Made by a program: the position numbers and the translations under genes. Positions 14,436 to 24,419 of a DNA stretch of 64,000 nucleotides are shown piece by piece. The DNA is from Eledone cirrhosa (taxonomy: Eukaryota). Every line of letters begins with the position of its first letter. Position 1 is the stretch's first letter. Location: positions 82,522,001 to 82,586,000 of the forward strand of contig OZ024744.1 of NCBI GenBank assembly GCA_964016885.1, in the 5' to 3' direction. The notes under the pieces were generated by a model. It was not told where the DNA came from. It ran no database searches and saw nothing but the letters and a program-made list of their open reading frames with translations.

Positions 14436-14869
14436 TGTGTAGAACAATGAAAACAAGACAGAAATCAGAGGTAGGTAGTTAATTAGTCCCTTGTTTTATG
14501 ATCGTTTCAGAGGGTCGATTAATCGTGTAAACTCTATGTATCGACTAGCATGGTAGTGGTTACGTTACTACCTATTTCTAGTCTCGAAATTCTTGTTGGA
14601 TGGACTGTCCTCTTCAGAAACACTAAAAAGGTGCTTTTTCATTAATACTTGTAATGTAATGCCAGTGCTTTTCGTGTACGAAACATTCACATGCTTGATT
14701 AGATATGTACATTTATTTACGTACGCACGTACGTATGTGTGTATGTTATCTCTTTCTCTTAATTTCGAGTATATTTTTGACCGGCCACCTTCCTGGTGGC
14801 AAGGTTGTAAAAGAAAAGAAATTGTCATCCCTTGAATCGCAAGAATGTTTTGCAAATTTAGAAGGTGCC

Positions 14870-17800
14870 AGCTATCGCAGCCATTTGTAGACTATGAATT
14901 AGGGAGCTGCGCTCTTTGTCCGCAAATCCACAGAAGAAGACAGCCAAGTAGAGGCCCGCCCTCCTTCTGACGCCTGAACCGCTGCTACCAAGAGCAGAGC
15001 AGGCAACAGAAGCAGAAGACCCTTCCACGGTGAGTAGGAGGGCAACGTCCCTGGCACCCATACCAAGGCAAAGGACAACTAAAGCAGCAGCAGCAGTGGC
15101 GGCAACACCAACAGTCGCAGTAGCTACACCTGCGGCAAAATCTCCGGAGCGGGCTCCAGTACCACCACCACCAGAAGTGAAGCTCATACCCCTCCCTGAC
15201 GCCACGGAATCTGACATGGAGTATGAGACGGGAGGGAAGTGCCAAACGGTCTGCCAGAAAAAAAAAAAACCCCTTAGCTTCACCCTCCAAAAGCGAAAGC
15301 AAACAAAGAGAGGTAAAGGCTGCAAGGTGACTTGCAGCAACACCATCATCATCACCATCAACACCACAAGCATCACAACCCAAAACAACCACACCACCAA
15401 CACCATCACCAACATCGCAAACACAACAAAACACACACACCTAACAACAAGAAAACAGCAACAAAATCACCCCTCCCCCAAAAAGTACACAGCCATAAAC
15501 ATGGCAAATAAAAAACTCTTACAACATATAAAGCAGCACACAGACATCACGAAAAAAAAACTATTACACCCCACCAACACCAAGAACTCTCCCGACAAAC
15601 ATAAACATCATTGAAATCAAAACAGAACAGTACGAACTTTTAAAAGAAAAATTCCCCAACGCAGTTGGAGACTTCAGAGGGTCGGTTACCAAGAGGATAT
15701 ACACTGACATCCTCTTGGAAACACCCATGACTAGCCAAAGGGACGGTTCTACTGTCCCTTCACCACACGATCAAGGTAAGTGATCACTTACCCAATTTCT
15801 CATCCAACATGGCCGTACTTAGAATAGGCAGTACAATGTACTTGGCCTGGGGTTATCTTCGAAGCAGGGTGACCTGCTCAAGGAGTAGTGATAGAGGAAA
15901 ATAGAGTAGGGGGAGAGTTAGTTAGAAAGCTAGAAGAGGCGTTTAGGACAGGCATCGTAACCGACGTGCTTGCGGTGAGATTGGCACTCGACCAATTCTT
16001 CAACGCAAAGCCTGAAGGCTGCGTTGTTAGAGCTAGAGCGCGCGCTCTAAGACACGAGGGGACGAAGGCCGTTCAATGAGCCCGGGTGGTGGAGGCCCGA
16101 CGTGGCAACACATCCACAATTCGGTCTTTGCCTGATCAAAACGGGGGCATGTTGCTCAAATCCGAGCAGATGTATGCGGATTTTCAACAGCACTTTGCTC
16201 AATTGTTCGGGAGAAGCGGTGGGCCGGATCGGAGTATGGATTTCGGTGCATACTTCGACGGTCTGCCGTGGCTCTTGGCGACCGCAATGCAGTGCTGCGA
16301 AAAGCCTATAACAGCAGGTGAAATACGGGAAGCAAAGTCTGACTGCACAAGGGGTAAATCGCCAGGTTTGGATAGGAGGCTGGAGAGCGGGGGTGCTGCT
16401 GAGAAAAAACCCGAACAAGGTGGACGTTATCGATAATTTCAGGCCCATAACTCTGCTAAACGCAGAGTTTAAGCTTTTGGCCAAGAAGTTAGCAAAGAGA
16501 TTGGCGCTTGTCGTCGGTGATCCGGTGGGAGAGGCGCAGACATGCGCCATTCCGGACAGATACATCCACCATAACCTGCATCTCATGCGATACATCATAT
16601 AGAGAGTGGTGAAGGAACCTGGCACGGGTGCGGCCCTGATCAACTTGGATCACTGTAAAGCATTTGATAGGGTCGACCATCGGTACCTGGCTGCGTCCTC
16701 GAGGCGGCCGGCTTCGAGTCCGTTTTTAGGGACTGGATCGCTGCGATGCACAGCGACATCTACTCGATTGTGAGGGTGAATGGTCACCTGTTTCAGACTT
16801 TCAACATCATGCGCTCGGTCAGCCAGGGTTGCCCTCGTCCCTCTTGTACGTACTGGGCCTCGAGCCGTTACTGCACAAATTGGAGACGATGATGGGGTCC
16901 CACGCGAACTGGGATGCGGGAGATCCGTGTCAGCTTACGCCGACGACGTCACACGTCCAGATGCTCGGCACCGCTCTCAAGGAATACGAAGCGGTGACAG
17001 GAGCAAATTTAAACCAGGAAAAGTCGGTGGGTTTGCAACTCTGCAACCGGAGTGGCAAGTCCAGGCGCCCGACAGCGTCGTGGGGCGCTGGATGGAAGGA
17101 CCGGTTAAATTGCTCGGGATCTTTTCCCCAGCTCGTCCCCTTGACGGAGCTGCAGGAAAAGACCGAGGGATAGCGCTTGGAAGCTGGAATGTCTCCAAGC
17201 GCTCATCAGCCTCTTCCAGCTGGGCACTAGTATCGGTGAAACATCCACCTCGGCATTCTATAGAGGGCTAGTGGAGGAAAAGAGCGACGACGTTCTCGGG
17301 GTGACCCGGGGCGTCGAAAACGATCACCTGTTTGCTCTCTTCAAGAGAACTTTCAGCCCGGGGCCTATGGACACGGTCTCGCCGTCTTTCTTCGAGGTGG
17401 AAGGGCAGGCGATTTCATCACCCTGGTTGCCATGGCGAAAGAGATTGTGCGGTGGACAAGGTTGAAATGGTTACAGACAGACACTTTCCTCTTCGGGCAA
17501 TCCCTGATTAACTTTTTCAAGTTTCACTTGAAGAGGAAAATCAGGGTGGAGAGGCAAGTGCTGCCTTCTAGCAAGTTTTTTGAAAGGTGGGTGAATGTAG
17601 CGAGAATGGTCCGAGTGAACGGGACCGCTCTGAATATACGCCTGTAGTTTGAGAAATGGAAAAATTGAGAGAGGGCGCTTGCCCTGGTGGTCAGGGTGGC
17701 CGTGGTCTTTTGTGTGGTTTTCGCCAAGAGTAACCCTTGGAGGTTTCCCCCCTATTGGGGAATTTTCCATTGTTTCTATTTTGATTTTTATTGTTTATGT

Positions 17801-17926
17801 TTCTAAGTCTTTTTTTTTTTCTTATATAAATAATAAAAATCTTTACACGCACAAAACCCACATTGTACCGTCCTGTACCTTCCTGTGGCGTCTGTAATGT
17901 CAGCCCTTGTGGCCAATAAAGAAATC
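14870..17926 (+). mobile_element. Tx1/L1-group decayed copy 2 (divergent subfamily, internally deleted)
   Basis: ORF1 remnant to 15783 (LIPLPDATESDME, KFPNAVGDFR), ORF2 remnants 15809-17647 lacking most of the endonuclease, and a 3' end cccttgtggccaataaagaaatcatt. Confidence 0.9.
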
Positions 17927-17929
17927 ATT

Positions 17930-18123
17930 AGTATCGGTAGAGGGTCGGACGCCATGCTTTCCAGCATAGTTACGTCCCTTTACGATCTGAGTTCAAATCC
18001 CGCCGAGGTTGACTTTGCCTTCCATCCTTATGAGGTCGATAAAATAAAGTACCAGTAATGCACTGGGTAATTGCTAGCCTTCTGCCTAAAGTAGAAACAA
18101 TTATTATTATTATTATTATTATT
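17930..18123 (+). mobile_element. SINE with an (ATT)n tail, sandwiched between two Tx1 copies
   Basis: Same family core; starts right after the copy 2 tail and its own tail abuts the full-length element. Confidence 0.9.
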
Positions 18124-18340
18124 GAATGCTATGGTTGACGGAGGCTCGGCTCTGTATGGTATTGTAAATTTTGAACACTATAACAATTGTAAATTGTTTA
18201 AGACTTTAACGAACTTGTAGACAAAAACACCCTCCTCCTCGTGAGAGGGGTCTTTCTGCCCGTTATTTGTCCCTTCGGGGTTAAATAACTGCTTATTGGG
18301 GTTTTGTACCCAATATTTATTTTAAACAAAAAAAAACAAC

Positions 18341-20434
18341 ATGGCTACGAAAAAGAAATTTCATAGGTCACTCCCACTCATTCCGTCTTCTTCTTCCTCA
18401 ATCATCACTACAGCAGAGAGAAGATTGTCTCTCTCCCTCCCTTCTTTAAATGTGTCTCTCTCCCTCCCTTCTCTTTCGCAAGCGACGAAAGAAAAGAAAA
18501 GTCTCGTGCAAAGCGTGCAAGGTTTCTCCACGACGACGACGACAGCGACGAAACAGGTGTGCGGGAAATACGAAAACCCAGTTCATTCGTCTGACGTCAG
18601 GAATAATAGCAGTAGCAGCCGTAATAACAACAGCAACAGTGACAATGAAAACAACAGTAGCAGCCGCAACAGCATCACCAGCAGCATAAACAACAACAGC
18701 ATTAGCAGCAGCAACACCAACAACAACCACAGCAACAGCGGCGGAGGCAGTAGTCGTAGTACCTGCAGCAACAAAAGTACCAGCAGCTCTGACGACAACA
18801 ACAACAGCAGAGAAAAACCAATCTCATTTGCAGGTATTGCGAAAAACTTGGAAACAATCCTCATAACAAATGAGGAATTAGAGGAAGCGAAGAAGATGGT
18901 GACAAAGAACGGACACCGAGCAATCTGCAAGGCAGCGAAAAATTTTTTCGAAACCCAAGAGCACTGTACGGTCACGTACCGTACAGTAAGTACAAAATCC
19001 CGTAGGGTGGAAAGAGCCACAGAGGCCCAAATACAAAAAGCCTTGGGGTCTGTGTGGCAGAGGAAAACGCACATCACCCGCGGCAAAAAATACGCCACCG
19101 TAGACGTACTTTTTGCCACACCCCAGGAGGCAAAGGCCCAATCAGTAGTGACCCTAAGGAGCGAGGAAATGGTGTTGGTGCCCTCCTACTGCGGGCAAAA
19201 AATTGTGAGGGTCAAACTGACCCACGTCCCCCCCGGAATGACCCCTTCTTGGCTGGCCGCGTCTGTCCTCGTCGGAATCGAGGACAAAACAACTGTACTG
19301 CAAGTACAGAAAAAAGTAAGAGAAGATTGGGTCGGCTCCTCCTTTGAGATGCTAATCCAAACCAACCAGGAGTGCATCGAAGCTATCCCGGATGTGATAG
19401 ACTTCGATAACGGCACTCAACTGCCCATAAGTGTTGAGGGCAAACGCCCGAAATGCTTTCGCTGTGGATCGAAGACTCACCTCAGGGCCTTCTGCAACGA
19501 GAAGACCCTGAGAAAGGAGAAAACCCCCCTCCTTCCGAATCCGGCTCCACGGCTACCAGCAACAGGACAAGCGGCAACCAGGAACGATAGGTCCGTGGCA
19601 CCCATACCCACTCCACGGAAATCAAAGACAGCAGCAGCAGTGGAAATATTAACAACAACAACAGCAATACCAAATGCAGCTGCAACAGAGACTCCAGTGC
19701 AAACATCACCAACAACAACAAGTGAAAGAGTGGAGCTGGTACCCCTCCCCGACCTTACAGAATCAGACATGGAGTGTGAGGTGGGAGAGGGATGGCAAAA
19801 GGTCGCAAGAAGGCACAAACGCAGAAGCAGCGCATCGTCGCCTTTGAAAAGGGAGGAAAGAAATGAGAAAAGGGTAAAGTCTACTGCAAAGAGACCCACA
19901 GCAGCAACACCACCAACACCATCACCACCCACACCAGCACCACCATCGCCACCGGCGACAACCCCACCGCCAACAACACCTTCAACACCACCACCACAAG
20001 CACCAACATCGCAAACACAACAACAAAACACACACACCCAGCAACAACGACAAGAAAATAGCAGAACCACACCCCACCCCCAGAAAAACAAATGCACGGC
20101 AATAAACACACACAACAAGAAACTAATGACTTACATAATTGAACACACAGACATTTCACAACAGGACTACATAATACCAGCACCAATCAAAACGCCAACT
20201 AACATAAGACTGCTAAAAATAGCACAGAAACAATACACAAACATTAAAACGAAATTCCCCAACGCAGTTGGTGATTTCAGGGACCTAGGGGGAACCATCA
20301 ATCGAAGAGTATATTCAGACATTCTCTTAGAAGAGCCGACGACCAGCCGTAGGGACGATTCAACGGTCCCTTCACCAGACGATCAAGTGAAAAGGGATGT
20401 AAAAACCATCCCTCCTCTACCAAAAGTACGGTAA
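18341..20434 (+). CDS. ORF1 nucleic-acid-binding protein, 697 aa
   Basis: Zinc knuckle CFRCGSKTHLRAFC (CX2CX4HX4C), Ser/Asn-rich and Pro/Thr-rich low-complexity regions, and a good start context aacATGG. Confidence 0.92.
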   Translation: MATKKKFHRSLPLIPSSSSSIITTAERRLSLSLPSLNVSLSLPSLSQATKEKKSLVQSVQGFSTTTTTATKQVCGKYENPVHSSDVRNNSSSSRNNNSNSDNENNSSSRNSITSSINNNSISSSNTNNNHSNSGGGSSRSTCSNKSTSSSDDNNNSREKPISFAGIAKNLETILITNEELEEAKKMVTKNGHRAICKAAKNFFETQEHCTVTYRTVSTKSRRVERATEAQIQKALGSVWQRKTHITRGKKYATVDVLFATPQEAKAQSVVTLRSEEMVLVPSYCGQKIVRVKLTHVPPGMTPSWLAASVLVGIEDKTTVLQVQKKVREDWVGSSFEMLIQTNQECIEAIPDVIDFDNGTQLPISVEGKRPKCFRCGSKTHLRAFCNEKTLRKEKTPLLPNPAPRLPATGQAATRNDRSVAPIPTPRKSKTAAAVEILTTTTAIPNAAATETPVQTSPTTTSERVELVPLPDLTESDMECEVGEGWQKVARRHKRRSSASSPLKREERNEKRVKSTAKRPTAATPPTPSPPTPAPPSPPATTPPPTTPSTPPPQAPTSQTQQQNTHTQQQRQENSRTTPHPQKNKCTAINTHNKKLMTYIIEHTDISQQDYIIPAPIKTPTNIRLLKIAQKQYTNIKTKFPNAVGDFRDLGGTINRRVYSDILLEEPTTSRRDDSTVPSPDDQVKRDVKTIPPLPKVR

Positions 20435-20469
20435 GTGGTCTTTCCCATCTTTTCCACTCTATTTTAAAC

Positions 20470-23400
20470 ATGACCTCACTCAGAATAGGCAGCATAAATG
20501 CGCGTGGCTTGGGGTCGTCATGGAAGCAGGGTCACCTGCTCAACGACCTCAGGTCACTAAACATAGATGTAGTGGCCATCAGCGAGACCAGAATCTCCGA
20601 AGCACGGGCCTTCGCACCGATCTTCGGCGGCTACGATGTGTACGCATCTCCCAGCCGTCCTGGATCGGGTGGAGGAGTTGCTGTGCTTTTTCGGAGAGGT
20701 TTGGATCTCGCCATACGGGCCATCTTCCTGGACCCAGAGGGTAAGCTGGTGGTGCTGGACGTGACCAGCGGAGACGGGCAAGCTTTCAGGCTAGTGGCCG
20801 TCTATGCCCCGACAGGAGCAGGGCGGCCTGATTTCTTCCGGCGTCTGGAGACCTTTCTTGGAACGTCCCGCTCTTTAGTGTTAGTGGGCGACTGGAACGG
20901 GATCTTAGATGCACGCTGGGACTGTGTGGGATTAGCGGATAGGGGTGGAGGGTGCAAGAGCCTCACCAACCTGCTCAGGCGTTTTGAACTGTCTGACAGG
21001 TACCGATTGGATTTCCCGAATGTGCCAATGTGGACTTGGACAAACCGCATAGGGTCATCCAGATCATATCTAGATAGAGTATTTTGTAGGGAAATAGATA
21101 GGTCTAGCATAGGCTGTCCACAATTCAAGATAGTCAGCTACACGGAACACAAATTCGTGACCTGTGTGCTTGACTTAGATAGGCTTCATAGACGAGGACC
21201 CGGCTACTGGAAGCTAAACGCGTCCTTACCAGCGCGCAAGGCCTACGGAGACCGGATTAGCGAACTAGTTAAGCGGGCGTTGACGGGGGCCATCGTCAAC
21301 AACAAGTGGTGGTTTGCTCTGAAAAGAGCGATTAGAATAGAATCGATCAGGTTTAGTAAGGCTTTAGCAATAGAGAAAAATAGAGCAGAGGGAGAACTAG
21401 TTAGAAAATTAGACGAGGCGCTTAGCAAAGGCATTGCGACCGACGTGCTTGCGGCGAAATTGGCCCTTGACCAATTCTTCAATGCAAAGCACGAAGGCTG
21501 CGTTGTCAGATCTAGGGTGCGTGCTCTCAGACACGAGGGGACGAAAGCCGTTCAATGGGCCCGAGTGGCGGAGGCGCGTCGTGGCAACAAAGCCACGATC
21601 CGGTCTTTGGTGGACCACGACGGGCGCATGCTACTCGATCCCGGGCAAATGTGTGAAGCTTTTCAGCGACACTTCGCTCAGCTGTTCGGGGGCAGCGGTG
21701 GGCCGGGTAGAGGGATGGACTTTAGTGTCTACCTCGACGGACTGCCGCGGCTCTCGGCCACTGAGGCGAAGTGTTGCGAAAAGCCGATAACAGCCGCTGA
21801 AGTAAGGGAGGCAATGACTGGCTGCACAAGGGGTAAATCGCCTGGTTTGGATGGTCTGCCCTATGAACTTTACGTACAGATGCCAGACTTGTTCGGAGGC
21901 CTCTTGGCGGACGTCTACTGCAACTGGCAACAGAACGGGAGAATTCCCAGTTCTGTGAGCCGAGGAGCGGTGGCACTGCTGAGAAAGGATCCGAACAAGG
22001 GGGATAACATAGAAAATTTCCGGCCCATACCTCTGCTAAACACAGAGTTTAAGATTCTGGCCAAGGTGCTAGCAAAGAGGTTGGCGCTTGTCGTTGGTGG
22101 TCTGGTGGGAGAGGCGCAGACATGCGCCATTCCCGACAGATCCATCCACGACAACCTCCACCTCATGCGATACATCGTAGAGAGGGTAGCTAGGGAACCT
22201 GGCACGGGTGGGTCCTTGATCAATTTAGATCAGTCGAAAGCTTTCGATAGGGTCGACCATCGTTACCTAGCGGCAGTCCTGAGGGCGGCTGGCTTTGGGC
22301 CCGTCTTCAGAGGCTGGATCGCTGCCATGCACAGCGACATCTGCTCTGTGGTGAGAGTGAACGGTCACCTGTCGGAACCGTTCAACATCATGCGCTCGGT
22401 CCGCCAAGGATGTCCCCTCTCGTCCCTCTTGTACGTATTGACTCTCGAGCCATTACTGCACAAACTGGAGACGTTGAGGGGGGTCCCGCGCGAACTAGGA
22501 TGCGGAAGATCCGTATCAGCATATGCGGACGATGTCACCGTAGTGGTGTCGAACGCCAAACACATCGAGGCGATCGGCACTACACTAAGAGAATACGAAG
22601 CGGTGACAGGAGCAATGATCAACCAGGAAAAGTCAGTGGGCCTGCAGCTCGGCACCTGGAGAGGCAGGTCCATGCCGTCCAACAGCGTCGTCGGACGCTG
22701 GACGGACGGACCGGTTAAATTGCTAGGGGTCTGGTTCGGTCCGGACCTCCAGACGGACAAAAACTGGGACGAGGTGACGAGCAGGGTGGCTTCTCTCACC
22801 CAGAAATGGGCCGAGAGGAAGCTATCCCTGAAAGGTCGAGCGGAGGTGGCTAACGCGTACATCGCGTCCGTCATCTGCTACCGCCTGACCGTCGTACCTT
22901 GTCCTAAGCCTCGCCTGACTGTGCTGGAGCGTTTGCTCTTTCGCTTTTTGTGGAAGGGACGCGCTCCGATGGTCAGGCGGTCCATCTGTTGTCAACACCC
23001 GCTACGTGGAGGGTTGGGCATGCCGTGGCTGATGATGCGCAGGCACGCGCTCAGGCTACGACATCTCCACCTCTTCCTCGACGGTGATCAGGTGTGGTCG
23101 CCGTTTGCTAGACGCGTGTTTCCCCAGCTCGTTTCCTTGACGGAGCTGCAGTCCTGGGTCAAGCGAAGACCGAGAGGGAGCGCCTGGAGACTGGAATGTC
23201 TTCAGGCGCTCACAGCCCTCGACCAATCGGGCAATGTGATCGGTGGAAACTCCACCTCGGCGTTCTATAGAGGATTAGTGGAGGGGAAGAGCGACGACGT
23301 ACTTGGGGAAACTCTAGGCGTCGATGAAAATCAACTAGCCAATCTCTTCGGAAGAACTTTCGGGCCGGGGCCTATGGACAACTTCCAGAAATCTCTGGCC

Positions 23401-23889
23401 TGGCAGTGCTACCGAGGAGCCTTGCCAGTTCGGGATAAACTCTACAGGCATGGAGGTGCCGTCAGCCGGGCATGTCCGAGATGCGCGCAGGGCGACGAAA
23501 CCGTCCTGCACGCACTCGTCCAGTGTCCGAAAATTGCTGACTTGTGGGTTTATGTCGAACACCTGCTGTCGCGTTTAGGACGGATCCAGCTATCATCTGA
23601 GTCTATCGTGAGGATTGCCCCGCCCTCCTCCTTTAGCCGGGAAGGGCAGGCAGTTTTTATCTGTCTGGTGGCCATGGCGAAAGAGATAGTATGGTGGACA
23701 CGTTTGAAAGGGCTGAAGACGAGCACTTACCTCTTCGGTGATGCTCTGATTGACTTTTTCAAATTTCATTTGAAAAGGAAAATCAGAGTAGAGAAGGAAG
23801 TGCTCTCTTCCCAGCATTTTGTTGAAAGATGGGTGAGAGAAGCAAGAATGGCCCGAGTGAATGGGCCGACTCTGAGTATATATCTGTAA
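20470..23889 (+). CDS. ORF2 polyprotein: APE endonuclease, reverse transcriptase and C-terminal CCHC, 1139 aa
   Basis: SINARG, SET, YAP, GDWN, YLDR, GPGYWKLN, KSPGLDG, DQSKAFDRV, RQGCPLS, YADD, GGLG, CPRC..ETVLHALVQC. Confidence 0.97.
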   Translation: MTSLRIGSINARGLGSSWKQGHLLNDLRSLNIDVVAISETRISEARAFAPIFGGYDVYASPSRPGSGGGVAVLFRRGLDLAIRAIFLDPEGKLVVLDVTSGDGQAFRLVAVYAPTGAGRPDFFRRLETFLGTSRSLVLVGDWNGILDARWDCVGLADRGGGCKSLTNLLRRFELSDRYRLDFPNVPMWTWTNRIGSSRSYLDRVFCREIDRSSIGCPQFKIVSYTEHKFVTCVLDLDRLHRRGPGYWKLNASLPARKAYGDRISELVKRALTGAIVNNKWWFALKRAIRIESIRFSKALAIEKNRAEGELVRKLDEALSKGIATDVLAAKLALDQFFNAKHEGCVVRSRVRALRHEGTKAVQWARVAEARRGNKATIRSLVDHDGRMLLDPGQMCEAFQRHFAQLFGGSGGPGRGMDFSVYLDGLPRLSATEAKCCEKPITAAEVREAMTGCTRGKSPGLDGLPYELYVQMPDLFGGLLADVYCNWQQNGRIPSSVSRGAVALLRKDPNKGDNIENFRPIPLLNTEFKILAKVLAKRLALVVGGLVGEAQTCAIPDRSIHDNLHLMRYIVERVAREPGTGGSLINLDQSKAFDRVDHRYLAAVLRAAGFGPVFRGWIAAMHSDICSVVRVNGHLSEPFNIMRSVRQGCPLSSLLYVLTLEPLLHKLETLRGVPRELGCGRSVSAYADDVTVVVSNAKHIEAIGTTLREYEAVTGAMINQEKSVGLQLGTWRGRSMPSNSVVGRWTDGPVKLLGVWFGPDLQTDKNWDEVTSRVASLTQKWAERKLSLKGRAEVANAYIASVICYRLTVVPCPKPRLTVLERLLFRFLWKGRAPMVRRSICCQHPLRGGLGMPWLMMRRHALRLRHLHLFLDGDQVWSPFARRVFPQLVSLTELQSWVKRRPRGSAWRLECLQALTALDQSGNVIGGNSTSAFYRGLVEGKSDDVLGETLGVDENQLANLFGRTFGPGPMDNFQKSLAWQCYRGALPVRDKLYRHGGAVSRACPRCAQGDETVLHALVQCPKIADLWVYVEHLLSRLGRIQLSSESIVRIAPPSSFSREGQAVFICLVAMAKEIVWWTRLKGLKTSTYLFGDALIDFFKFHLKRKIRVEKEVLSSQHFVERWVREARMARVNGPTLSIYL

Positions 23890-24150
23890 ACTAAAGGTGG
23901 AAAACTGGGAGAGGGCACTTGCCTTGGTGGTCAGGGTCATTGTGGCTTTTTACTGGGCTTTCTCCACAAATGTCCCTCCGAAGTCTCCCCCCTATTGGGG
24001 AATTTTTCATTGTTATTTTCATTGTTATTTTTGTTACATCCTCTGTTTTTGTTTTTTTTACACGCAGAAATGCCCATTTGTACCGTCCTGCATTGTCCTG
24101 CACTGTCCTTAATGTCTACTTTATGTAAACCCTTGTGGTTAATAAAGAAA

Positions 24151-24197
<47 letters not shown>

Positions 24198-24199
24198 TT

Positions 24200-24368
24200 A
24201 CAGCAAATTGTTACGGCCCTGTATGGTCTGAGTTCAAATCCATCCGAGGTTAACTTTGCCTTTCATCCTTACAGGGTCGATAAAATAAAGTACCAGTAAT
24301 GTACTGGTTAATTGTTGGCCTTGTGCCAAAAGTAGAAACAATTATAATTATTATTATTATAATTATTA
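24200..24368 (+). mobile_element. 5'-truncated SINE with an ATT tail
   Basis: Family core and 3' end directly after the Tx1 tail. Confidence 0.88.
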
Positions 24369-24419
24369 CTTTTTTTCCCCCCAATTCAATGATGTTCCAA
24401 AATAATAGAAAAGAGAAAA

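Larger units (their letters stand above)
18124..24152 (+). mobile_element. Full-length Tx1/L1-group non-LTR retrotransposon (about 6.0 kb) flanked by (ATT)n
   Basis: 5' UTR, two open ORFs, a 3' UTR with AATAAA, and an (ATT)n tail at 24153-24197. Confidence 0.95.

Noticed and set aside
18446-23940. Many antisense and alternative-frame ORFs over the Tx1 element
   Set aside because: Expected shadows of long, compositionally biased coding sequence; their recurrence among copies reflects DNA identity only
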